Assembly: GCA_001724245.1 (NCBI GenBank)
Contig: MEDX01000002.1
Span: forward strand, 62,001 to 82,973
From: Fonticula-like sp. SCN 57-25
Lineage: Eukaryota
Length of the DNA: 20,973 nucleotides
Direction: 5' to 3'
The notes under the pieces were generated by a model, which saw nothing but the letters and a program-made list of their open reading frames with translations, was not told the DNA's origin and did not search any database. The first letter of the stretch is position 1. Each line of letters begins with the position of its first letter. A program made the translations under genes and the position numbers. Shown in pieces: positions 20,486 through 20,973 of the stretch.

Positions 20486-20973
20486 TCATTTATTACTTTT
20501 CTGTCTGCAAGAATTACTTTCTTCTTTTCGTTTTGCTCTCTTTCTCTCATTCTTCCCAAATCCATCTTTCTCTTTGACGATGCACTTTTGCCAAGCGTCA
20601 CTCCACTCAAAGTCGTCCGCGAATGACGCATCTTTGTACAAAGGAAACAATACATTTATACTTCGCAGATGCAGCGCTCGTGAGCGCACCGCTAGCGTAT
20701 GAACTCTGCACTTGTTTTGGCTCTCTGCCTCGATCACCGCTCGCGGCATCGGGCGGCACATGACTGGCGTGACGCGCCCCAATGGGCGGCGAGCTCGCCG
20801 ATGATCGCCGATCGAATCCTGTTTAAAAGTCGGTTACAAACCGACTCTTGTCAGCTTTTCACACAACCAGGAAGTGGGATAGGAAATTTCCAGATTTGAG
20901 ACCGACCGAAACCGACCATTTTGCAATCCGTCGTGTCCACTTCAGGGATCAGCAGGTGCGGGATGGTGCACCG
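20486..20973 (-). other. Possible 3' end of a further minus-strand gene running off the window; frame unresolved
   Basis: Acceptor-like GCTGAC...TTTAAACAG ending at 20819, followed by GC-rich open frames and then purine/AT-rich sequence. No recognisable product. Confidence 0.25.

Noticed and set aside
1-20973. CRISPR arrays, transposases, rRNA or tRNA genes
   Set aside because: None seen; the 18S match at 10683-10697 is only a short snoRNA guide.

Overview
Gene-dense eukaryotic DNA with spliceosomal introns. The gene mix (Zap1-like and Atg17-like fungal genes beside a STIL-like gene, an MLK-like kinase, AASDH and CRIPT) suggests an early-diverging opisthokont, probably a zoosporic fungus or other holomycotan; this is inference. 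Manual splicing gives ten frame-consistent protein genes: an unknown protein with a PH/PTB-like end (+), a 10-exon SAM-TKL/MLK kinase fused to an uncharacterised C-terminal domain (-), NRPS-like AASDH (-), DNAJC8/Spf31 (+), a Zap1-like C2H2 factor (+), CRIPT (-, five small exons, not recognisable in the ORF track), a protein with only a STIL N-terminal-like domain (-), Spc24 (+), Atg17 (-) and Mo25/CAB39 (+). An intronic box C/D snoRNA predicted to guide 18S Am100 lies in an apparently non-coding host transcript. Best leads: the kinase fusion, the stand-alone STIL_N protein, the snoRNA and its host, a dense CACGTG cluster inside AASDH, and a GTRCG donor consensus. Family calls come from motif recognition by eye, not database searches.
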